From an uncultured virus (IMG/VR IMGVR_UViG_3300021959_000026) (Duplodnaviria > Heunggongvirae > Uroviricota > Caudoviricetes), in the IMG/VR virus record IMGVR_UViG_3300021959_000026: a stretch of 20,000 bases of DNA, one strand, 5' to 3'. How positions within the stretch are numbered: the stretch's first letter is position 1; each line of letters starts with the position of its first letter. The position numbers and the translations under genes are program-made. The notes under the pieces were generated by a model. The model had not been told where the DNA came from and did no database searches. It was given only the letters and a program-made list of their open reading frames with translations. Positions 9,036 through 16,135 of the stretch are shown here, piece by piece.

Positions 9036-9848
9036 ATGAAAATACTTATACCATTTTCTGGGGGAGTCAATTCTACATACTCACTTTATCGTTGGTTATC
9101 TGAAACTGATGCTGATATTATTTCTCTATACGGGGTTGATCAGTGGTATGATGATAAACATAACGATGATGAATTAAATAGAGCTAGAAAAATAGTAAGT
9201 TATTTAAAATCTACTGTCAGAGAATTTGAATTTGACATAAGTGAATGGCCATCTAATTATGTTATTGAGAAACATCCTATACGGCCGGGATTTAATTTAG
9301 GAATGTGGGATGTTGGAAAGGTTCGTCCTCGATATGAAGGATATGTTAAGTGGCAAAATGAAACCAAAACAGATGGTATTTCTATTGGATTATCGTTAGA
9401 AAATACAGCAATGGATTGTGGTTATAATACATTACGTTCTGTTGTTGAACAAAATAGTATGGATATTTATTTAGGAGGAATGCCCGAATTAACACCAGTT
9501 CCGCAAGGTGATGATTTTGATTGGGATTATATAAGTTCAAAAATGATTGGAAGGTTTGAACAATACGAGTCAATACCAGAAGAGTTACAAAGTTTAGTTG
9601 TCAAATGTAATTTGACTACATGTAAAAAAGAAAAATGTAGGGATTGTGCATATTGGAGAACCTATAAAATATTTGTTGAAGAGGGCAAGACAGGAAGAGA
9701 CTTTGATTTGTATTGTGCCAAACACGGCAGCTATGGTCCTTGGAGACATGAAGCTGATCCAGAAACTTATTATTATCGTGGTGCATCAAAAAAAAGAAAT
9801 GGTGAAAATGCTAAAGAAGCTACTCTTCCATATCTAACATATAAGTAA
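9036..9848 (+). CDS. QueC-like PP-loop protein; paralogue 3 (with Cys cluster)
   Basis: 'MKILIPFSGGVNSTYSLY' PP-loop and 'KCNLTTCKKEKCRDC', a candidate Zn site positioned like the QueC C-terminal Cys cluster. Confidence 0.7.
   Translation: MKILIPFSGGVNSTYSLYRWLSETDADIISLYGVDQWYDDKHNDDELNRARKIVSYLKSTVREFEFDISEWPSNYVIEKHPIRPGFNLGMWDVGKVRPRYEGYVKWQNETKTDGISIGLSLENTAMDCGYNTLRSVVEQNSMDIYLGGMPELTPVPQGDDFDWDYISSKMIGRFEQYESIPEELQSLVVKCNLTTCKKEKCRDCAYWRTYKIFVEEGKTGRDFDLYCAKHGSYGPWRHEADPETYYYRGASKKRNGENAKEATLPYLTYK
9651..9770 (+). repeat. 120-bp perfect direct repeat, copy B
   Basis: Identical to 8846..8965. Confidence 0.95.
9840..9847 (+). promoter_or_regulatory. Possible late promoter variant TATAAGTA upstream of gp16
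   Basis: One mismatch from TATAAATA. It overlaps the upstream stop codon and is followed by AAGGA and ATG 9861. Confidence 0.4.
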
Positions 9849-9860
9849 AGGATATGTCAT

Positions 9861-10283
9861 ATGGTAAATGAAATAGATAAAGCACTCGGTGTGGTTGGGG
9901 ATGTTATTCCCCCAGAGGCATCTTTGAACCCAAACGCCAAAATGTCTGATGTTTCCCGTTATCCAGTAGAGCTAGAGGGGGGTGAAGATGTTGATGCTGA
10001 CTACAAGTATCAACGAGAAAACTTTTATCGGTTGGTTGAACAGGGCTCTACTGCGATTGAGGGTATCCTTGAACTTGCGAAAGAGGGTGAACATCCAAGG
10101 GCATACGAGGTTGCTGGACAGTTAATCAAGAATGTTGCAGAGGTCACTGAGAAACTAGGTGACCTTCAAGAGAAGATGAAGAAACTCAAAGAGGTTCCCA
10201 ATAACGCACCGAAGAGTGTTACGAATGCATTATTTGTTGGTAGCACTGCTGAGTTGCAAAAAATGTTGAAAGGTAAAAAGTGA
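9861..10283 (+). CDS. gp16: Terminase small subunit gp16
   Basis: 'DADYKYQRENFY', 'EHPRAYEVAGQLIKNVAEVTEKL' and 'TNALFVGSTAELQKML' are T4-like gp16 hallmarks. Confidence 0.95.
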   Translation: MVNEIDKALGVVGDVIPPEASLNPNAKMSDVSRYPVELEGGEDVDADYKYQRENFYRLVEQGSTAIEGILELAKEGEHPRAYEVAGQLIKNVAEVTEKLGDLQEKMKKLKEVPNNAPKSVTNALFVGSTAELQKMLKGKK

Positions 10284-11272
10284 GTAAGGTTCTTTATTAT
10301 CATCTCAATTCCTTTCCAGAAATAAGTGCAAGAGATGAGTATAAATTAGCAACTAGTTTTGGATTACACTCTCCTCGTTTTAGATTTGGTTTTGACAACC
10401 AGTTTGATTTGATAGAGAACCCCCTTACAAATTTTCCTACAAATTTTACATCAACATTCGAAGAGTTAACTAATCGTAGGGCTGTAGAGTTGTGGGATAT
10501 TGGCAAACCAATAAGATTGTGGTGGTCAGGTGGTATAGACAGCACATGTGCATTGGTAAGTCTGTTGAAAACTAAAAGGTTGGATACAAGTCTTACTGTG
10601 TATCTATCAAAAGCTAGTGTACAAGAAAATCCACGTTTCTATGATTTGTTAGTTAATAAGAAAATTAATTTGCAGTGGCATTCTTTTGATAACTATGTCT
10701 ATGACAATGATCAGTTATGGGACGGGCAAACAATTAATGTTAATGGTGGCGGGGGAGATGAATTATTTCTCGCAATATCATCATATACATCTATAGAGGA
10801 TTTTTTCAAAATTAAAGACCACGATTGGATTAATGTTATGAAAGATTCTGATATGTTAAACACTGCTGAAAAGTATATTGATATGTCTCCATACAAACCA
10901 AAAACATGTTGGGAGTTACTTTGGTGGTTTGCTAGGAGTATAGATGATTTATTATCAAGATACCTCTCACCAAGATTTCTCAAAGACCCATCTGTGTATC
11001 ATCTAGAATATCCATTTTTCTATACAGATTATTTTGAGAAGTGGGCTTTGTCTAATCCATATGCTGGACATAATGGTGACTATGGAACATACAAATGGCC
11101 AATGAAAAAATACATATATGATTATGATAAAAATGAAGATTACTTATATACAAAACAAAAAGAAAGTTCATTTCGTTCAGTAAATAAACAACCACGATAT
11201 GAAGGTGTATCTTCTAATCATTATGTTCTTAATACGATTGTGTATGAAGATGGTACATACGTTAGATACTAA
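10280..11272 (+). CDS. Asparagine-synthetase-like (synthetase domain only) PP-loop ATP pyrophosphatase
   Basis: 'IRLWWSGGIDSTCAL' is a canonical PP-loop, and 'NVNGGGGDELF' matches the GxGxDELF motif of Asn synthetase C-terminal domains. It also has 'YPFF' and 'KWPMK'. There is no N-terminal Cys glutaminase domain. The GTG start overlaps the gp16 stop (GTGA). Confidence 0.75.
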   Translation: MSKVLYYHLNSFPEISARDEYKLATSFGLHSPRFRFGFDNQFDLIENPLTNFPTNFTSTFEELTNRRAVELWDIGKPIRLWWSGGIDSTCALVSLLKTKRLDTSLTVYLSKASVQENPRFYDLLVNKKINLQWHSFDNYVYDNDQLWDGQTINVNGGGGDELFLAISSYTSIEDFFKIKDHDWINVMKDSDMLNTAEKYIDMSPYKPKTCWELLWWFARSIDDLLSRYLSPRFLKDPSVYHLEYPFFYTDYFEKWALSNPYAGHNGDYGTYKWPMKKYIYDYDKNEDYLYTKQKESSFRSVNKQPRYEGVSSNHYVLNTIVYEDGTYVRY

Positions 11273-11275
11273 ATA
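11268..11275 (+). promoter_or_regulatory. Late promoter variant ACTAAATA upstream of gp17
   Basis: The context 'tactaaataga...aggagata' recurs upstream of gp20 (16106). It is followed by an AGGAG RBS and ATG 11291. Confidence 0.65.
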
Positions 11276-11290
11276 GATCAGGAGATAGTA

Positions 11291-12934
11291 ATGGCTGATA
11301 ATCAATATTTAGGAAATCCGAATCTGAAGAAGGCCAATGTCGCCCAGAATTGGACGAAGGAAGAACTTGTTGAGTATCAGAAATGTATGGAAAGCCCACA
11401 ATATTTCATAGAAAACTATGTAAAGATTGTTTCTCTTGATGAGGGTCTTGTTCCATTTAAGATGTATGATTTCCAGAAGGAAATGGTAGGTACTTTCCAC
11501 AGCAATCGTTTCACCATCTGTAAACTACCTAGACAGTCGGGTAAGTCTACCGTCATGGTTTCATATCTACTTCATTACGCACTTTTCAACCCCAGTGTCA
11601 ATATCGCAATCCTTGCGAATAAGGCTGCAACTGCTCGTGATCTACTATCACGATTGCAACTTGCGTATGAACATCTACCGAAATGGTTGCAACAGGGAGT
11701 AATGAGTTGGAACAAAGGTTCCTTGGAGTTAGAAAATGGTTCAAAAATTCTTGCCTCTTCTACTAGTGCTAGTGCCGTTCGTGGCGGTTCTTACAACATC
11801 ATTTTTCTTGACGAGTTTGCGTATGTCCCCTCAAACGTGGCAGAACAGTTTTTTTCCTCTGTGTACCCCACAATTTCATCTGGTAAGACAACAAAGGTAA
11901 TGATCGTTTCCACCCCGCATGGTATGAATATGTTCTATAAACTATGGGTGGATGCAGAGGAAGGTCGTAACACTTATATTCCTATTGAGGTTCATTGGAG
12001 TGAAGTTCCCGGTAGAGATGAGAAGTGGAAAGAGGAAACGATTAAGAACACCTCTCAGGCTCAATTCAATACAGAGTTTGAGTGTGAGTTCCTTGGTTCT
12101 ATTGATACCCTTATCGCACCATATAAATTGAAACAATTGACATATCGGGCACCAATACAGTCTAGTGCTGGCCTTGATGTTCATGTTGCACCACAACCAG
12201 ATCGTACATATGTTCTCGTCGCAGATGTTGCAAGGGGAACACAAAACGATTATTCTGCGTTTGTGGTTGTGGATGTAAGTGAAATACCATATAGAGTGGT
12301 CGCAAAGTTTAGAGACAATGAACTGAAACCCCTTATATTTCCATCCAAGATTTATGATGTTGCAAGAGCATACAATCAAGCATTCGTATTGATTGAGGTT
12401 AATGACATAGGAGAACAGGTTGCTAGTGCGATGCAGTTTGACTTGGAGTATGACAACCTTATTATGGCAAGTATGCGTGGGCGAGCGGGACAGGTCATTG
12501 GAGCAGGGTTCAGTGGTGGTCGAGCGCAGTTGGGGGTAAGAACAACTAAGGCTGTAAAAAAGATTGGTTGTTCTAATCTCAAACAGTTGGTTGAGGATAA
12601 TAAACTTATTCTTGAGGATTATGACTGTATCAACGAACTTTCTACCTTTATTGTCAAGGGCCAGTCATTTGAAGCAGACGATGGGTGTAATGATGATTTG
12701 GTCGCATGTCTCTTTATCTTTGCATGGTTGACAGACCAGACATACTTCAAGGAACTAACTAACAACGATATTCGACGGGTCATGATGAATGAACAACAAG
12801 ACATGCTAGAACAAGATATGGCACCATTTGGTTTCATTGTAAATGGTCTTGAGGATGAGAATATCGGTGAGATGGTAGACGAATATGGAACTCGCTGGTC
12901 ACCAATTGTGAGAGATAGTTCTAAAAGTTGGTAA
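11291..12934 (+). CDS. gp17: Terminase large subunit gp17
   Basis: 'YLGNPNLK', adenine-binding 'YDFQ', Walker A 'PRQSGKST', Walker B 'IIFLDEFAY', coupling motif 'VSTPHG', and nuclease acidic residues 'ADVARG..NDYS' and 'NDDLV'. Confidence 0.98.
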   Translation: MADNQYLGNPNLKKANVAQNWTKEELVEYQKCMESPQYFIENYVKIVSLDEGLVPFKMYDFQKEMVGTFHSNRFTICKLPRQSGKSTVMVSYLLHYALFNPSVNIAILANKAATARDLLSRLQLAYEHLPKWLQQGVMSWNKGSLELENGSKILASSTSASAVRGGSYNIIFLDEFAYVPSNVAEQFFSSVYPTISSGKTTKVMIVSTPHGMNMFYKLWVDAEEGRNTYIPIEVHWSEVPGRDEKWKEETIKNTSQAQFNTEFECEFLGSIDTLIAPYKLKQLTYRAPIQSSAGLDVHVAPQPDRTYVLVADVARGTQNDYSAFVVVDVSEIPYRVVAKFRDNELKPLIFPSKIYDVARAYNQAFVLIEVNDIGEQVASAMQFDLEYDNLIMASMRGRAGQVIGAGFSGGRAQLGVRTTKAVKKIGCSNLKQLVEDNKLILEDYDCINELSTFIVKGQSFEADDGCNDDLVACLFIFAWLTDQTYFKELTNNDIRRVMMNEQQDMLEQDMAPFGFIVNGLEDENIGEMVDEYGTRWSPIVRDSSKSW

Positions 12935-12938
12935 TATC

Positions 12939-13238
12939 CTAAATAAATTCTATTAGATCATGATGTTTCTTAATGTAACAGTTGTAGCATAGAATGACAG
13001 ACTGATCAATTAGGTGAAATACCTCTTTGCGGCTTTCATCACTTGTTCCAACTCTCTTGGATACTTTGCGTATCTCTGCATCATGGGGGTAGAATTTAAG
13101 ACAAACGTGTTCTGCCTCACCACAGTGAATACAGGATTTGTCTGTGAGAAATTCGTTTAGGAGATATACTCGTTTCTGGTAATTTCTCCGTGAAACTTTC
13201 TTGATAGTGTCTTTGTATTTTTCATAATGATTATTCAT
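12939..13238 (-). CDS. Degenerate HNH-like Zn-finger protein, ~99 aa
   Basis: 'CIHCGE...CLKFYPHD...VILCYNCYIKKH' follows the CxxC...CxNC layout of small phage HNH proteins, but the usual catalytic His positions look altered. The likely start is ATG 13238 (MNNHYEKYK). Confidence 0.65.
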   Translation of the reverse strand: MNNHYEKYKDTIKKVSRRNYQKRVYLLNEFLTDKSCIHCGEAEHVCLKFYPHDAEIRKVSKRVGTSDESRKEVFHLIDQSVILCYNCYIKKHHDLIEFI

Positions 13239-13243
13239 GATTC

Positions 13244-13251
13244 TATTTATA
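13244..13251 (-). promoter_or_regulatory. Late promoter TATAAATA on the minus strand, upstream of the HNH-like gene
   Basis: The + strand reads tatttata, the exact reverse complement of the consensus. It lies 5 nt from ATG 13238. Confidence 0.6.
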
Positions 13252-13293
13252 TGATATAACACTTATAAAAACGAGTTTTGTAAAAGAGGTTTT

Positions 13294-13301
13294 TTATAAA
13301 T
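13294..13301 (+). promoter_or_regulatory. Late promoter TATAAATA upstream of gp18
   Basis: Exact consensus, followed by an AGGAG RBS and ATG 13344. Confidence 0.85.
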
Positions 13302-13343
13302 ATCTGTATAACAAATAACTCTCTTTAAGTTAGGAGTAAAGAT

Positions 13344-15557
13344 ATGGGATTTCTAGTTTCACCCGGCGTTCATGTACGGGAAATTGATCTTACGAATGTT
13401 GTTCCATCTGTATCTACCTCTATCGGTGCAATCGCCGGTCCTTTTGCAAAAGGTCCAGTTAGTGCGGTTACTGCGATTAGTTCGGAAGAACAGTTACTAC
13501 AGACATTTGGTAAGCCAAACAGTTCAAATTTTGAGTGGTGGTTCACTGCTGCAAACTTCTTGCAGTATGGTGACGCTCTTCGTGTGGTTCGTGCAGAATC
13601 AGGCATTTTAAACGCTGGTGCAACCAGTGGTATCCTCATTCGTGACGATGACCACTATGAAGATAGTTTCTCCACAGGACAGGGTACTCACGGTGAGTGG
13701 ACTGCTCGTACCGCTGGTACTTGGGGTAACTCAATCGGTGTGGATATCTGCCCCAGCGCAAGAGCATTTACTCAACCTCTGGGTACACTTAACCTAGTGA
13801 ATGGTGCCGGTGCAATTGGTGATTTGCAAATCACAGTTGATGATCAAGATGCAACTGATGCGACAATCGCAGTCGGTGACATTATTAAGTTTTTCACAAA
13901 CAACTCTGTCACTGCAACATCTGACGGGGCAATCACAGTTCCATCTAAAACTCTTACGGTTGATGGTAACTCTGGTACAATCGCAGTTGGTCAACGTGTG
14001 ATTGGTGCCGGTATCTCTGATGGTGGCATTCAGGCTAAAGTTGTAACAGTTACTTCTCAGACTTCTCTTATCCTTGATAAAGCAATTACGGTAGCTGACA
14101 ATGTGCCTCTTGCATTTGATACGGTCACCGCAGTTGAAAGTGGTAACGTAGAATACGAAGTTACTTCTGTTTCTGGTGAAGTTCTAACTATTCGTCTACT
14201 TGATGATCCCGCCGGTGGTGGACTTAAAACTATTATTCCTGATAACTCTTACATTCAACGCCGTTGGCGTTTCAGTGACCTCTTTGATGCGCCTCCTGGC
14301 ACATCCGATTGGTCAACTGCAAACGGGCGGGGTGAACAAGACGAACTTCACGTTGCAGTTTACGACACAACAGGTGACATTACGGGTTATGCTGTGGATG
14401 TTAAGGGTCAGCGTGGACCTTCAGTTATCGAACTGTTCCCTGCTATGTCTAAAAACTCTGCTGCGAAGACAACACAGGGTGGAAATAACTACTACCCAGA
14501 TGTTATCTTCCGTGGTTCTAATTACATCTACTGGACGGATCACATCTCTGGCGGTACTAACTGGGGTACAGACATTGCAACAGGTACAGACTATACACTA
14601 GTATCTGGTGTTAATGTTGACACTCTGACAGGTGGAACGGATGATTACTCCGTGACTGCTGGTGAAATTGAACGTGGCTATGACAAGTTCGCTGACACAG
14701 AAAATCTTGACATCAACCTAGTCATGGGTGGTCCAAGTTCTGGTGTTACAGATAGTGATGATGGTCAGGATACTTTTGTGACCATGATTACTGACCTTGT
14801 TGAATCACGAAGGGATTGCGTCGGTTTCGTATCCCCTTATCGTGCTGCAACAGTTGGTGTAACATCATCCATCGCTCAAACATATAATGTAAAGAATGCA
14901 TTTGACAAATGTCCATCGTCTTCGTATATGGTATACGATAGTGGATACAAGTACATGTATGATAAATACAACGATGTGTATCGATTTGTTCCTTTAAACG
15001 GTGATACCGCTGGACTTTGTGCATACACAGATGGTGTTGCTGATCCTTGGTTCTCACCAGCTGGTTACAATCGTGGTGGTCTTCGTGGTGCAATCAAACT
15101 TTCTTATAACCCACAGAAAGCAGATCGTGACATTCTCTATAAGTCACGGATCAACCCAGTGGTTGATTTCCCCGGTCAGGGTGTTACACTCTTTGGTGAT
15201 AAGACTGCTCTCACAAAACCAAGTGCATTTGACCGCATTAACGTGCGTCGTCTGTTCCTTGTTCTTGAGAAAGCAATTGCCACTGCTTCTAAGTTCCAAC
15301 TCTTTGAGTTCAATGATGAATTCACAAGAGCCCAGTTCCGTAATCTGGTAGAACCCTTCTTGCGGGATGTGCAGGGACGCCGTGGTATTTTCGACTTTAA
15401 GGTAGTTTGTGATACAACTAATAACACTGGTGAGGTCATTGACCGTAACGAGTTTATTGGTGACATCTACATCAAACCAGCAAGGTCAATCAACTTTATT
15501 ACACTAAACTTCATCGCCGTGCGAACTGGTGTTGCGTTTAGTGAGGTAGGAGGTTAA
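13344..15557 (+). CDS. gp18: Contractile tail sheath protein gp18
   Basis: 'VSPGVHVREIDLT', 'WFSPAGYNRG', 'LFGDKT', 'FDRINVRRLF', 'FEFNDEFTR' and 'YIKPARSINFITLNF'. Confidence 0.98.
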   Translation: MGFLVSPGVHVREIDLTNVVPSVSTSIGAIAGPFAKGPVSAVTAISSEEQLLQTFGKPNSSNFEWWFTAANFLQYGDALRVVRAESGILNAGATSGILIRDDDHYEDSFSTGQGTHGEWTARTAGTWGNSIGVDICPSARAFTQPLGTLNLVNGAGAIGDLQITVDDQDATDATIAVGDIIKFFTNNSVTATSDGAITVPSKTLTVDGNSGTIAVGQRVIGAGISDGGIQAKVVTVTSQTSLILDKAITVADNVPLAFDTVTAVESGNVEYEVTSVSGEVLTIRLLDDPAGGGLKTIIPDNSYIQRRWRFSDLFDAPPGTSDWSTANGRGEQDELHVAVYDTTGDITGYAVDVKGQRGPSVIELFPAMSKNSAAKTTQGGNNYYPDVIFRGSNYIYWTDHISGGTNWGTDIATGTDYTLVSGVNVDTLTGGTDDYSVTAGEIERGYDKFADTENLDINLVMGGPSSGVTDSDDGQDTFVTMITDLVESRRDCVGFVSPYRAATVGVTSSIAQTYNVKNAFDKCPSSSYMVYDSGYKYMYDKYNDVYRFVPLNGDTAGLCAYTDGVADPWFSPAGYNRGGLRGAIKLSYNPQKADRDILYKSRINPVVDFPGQGVTLFGDKTALTKPSAFDRINVRRLFLVLEKAIATASKFQLFEFNDEFTRAQFRNLVEPFLRDVQGRRGIFDFKVVCDTTNNTGEVIDRNEFIGDIYIKPARSINFITLNFIAVRTGVAFSEVGG

Positions 15558-15559
15558 TC

Positions 15560-16096
15560 ATGGCTAATATAGATGACTTTAAAGCAAGTTTAATCGGTGG
15601 TGGTGCAAGAGCCAACCAATTTAGGGTAACTATTACTCCACCATCAGGTATCGCAATCGGTCTTGATACTCGTAGAACTTCGTTTCTTGTTAAGGCTGCA
15701 GCACTGCCATCCCGTGCAATCACTCCAATTGAATTGAAATTCCGTGGTCGTACTATCTTCATGGCAGGTGATGCCGCTGTTCCAGAAGCTTGGGAAACTA
15801 CATTTCTTAATGACACTGACTTTATGATTAAAAACGCAATTGAACGCTGGTCAAATGGTATCAATGATTTCGCATTGAATACTGGTGTTGTATCTCCCTC
15901 TGACTATCAGACAGACTTAACTGTTGAACAGTTGGATCGTGACGAAACAGTTCTGAAGAGTTATATTCTAAGGAATGCATGGCCAACGACAAGTGGTTCT
16001 GCTATTCCATTAGATATGAGCACTGAAAGTACAATTGAAGAATTTACATGTTCTTGGAGCTATCAACACTTTGAAGCTTCTGGCGTAAACTTCTAA
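15560..16096 (+). CDS. gp19: Tail tube protein gp19
   Basis: 'IDDFKASLIGGGARANQFRV', 'FRGR...AGD', 'WETTFLNDTDF', 'VEQLDR' and 'IEEFT'; it follows gp18. Confidence 0.95.
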   Translation: MANIDDFKASLIGGGARANQFRVTITPPSGIAIGLDTRRTSFLVKAAALPSRAITPIELKFRGRTIFMAGDAAVPEAWETTFLNDTDFMIKNAIERWSNGINDFALNTGVVSPSDYQTDLTVEQLDRDETVLKSYILRNAWPTTSGSAIPLDMSTESTIEEFTCSWSYQHFEASGVNF

Positions 16097-16105
16097 TTTG
16101 AACCT

Positions 16106-16113
16106 ACTAAATA
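16106..16113 (+). promoter_or_regulatory. Late promoter variant ACTAAATA upstream of gp20
   Basis: Intergenic, with the same context as the gp17 upstream motif and an AGGAG RBS downstream. Confidence 0.65.
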
Positions 16114-16135
16114 GACGGTAGGAGATAAAAATATT

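Noticed and set aside
8846..9770. The 120-bp repeat pair as a diversity-generating retroelement TR/VR
   Set aside because: Length and C-terminal position are suggestive, but there are no adenine-specific mismatches (none at all), both copies are in-frame parts of paralogous genes, and no reverse transcriptase is in the window.
3157..9848. A canonical 7-deazaguanine DNA modification (queC/dpdA) cluster
   Set aside because: No folE, queD, queE or dpdA/TGT homologue is visible here and the PP-loops are non-canonical, so the symbol queC was not assigned. The partner genes could lie elsewhere in the genome.
10280..11272. Lasso peptide biosynthetic cluster
   Set aside because: No precursor peptide, RRE/PqqD domain or transglutaminase-like leader peptidase was recognised nearby.
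13262..13300. AT-rich inverted repeats (ttataaaa...ttttataa) as a terminator or operator
   Set aside because: The stem is weak and almost all A/T, and it overlaps the gp18 promoter. It cannot be distinguished from chance in an AT-rich spacer.
13344..13352. The N-terminal Gly of gp18 (MGF...) as a target for QueC-family protein conjugation
   Set aside because: A single residue is not evidence, and small residues are common at this position in sheath proteins. It is too speculative to list as a finding.
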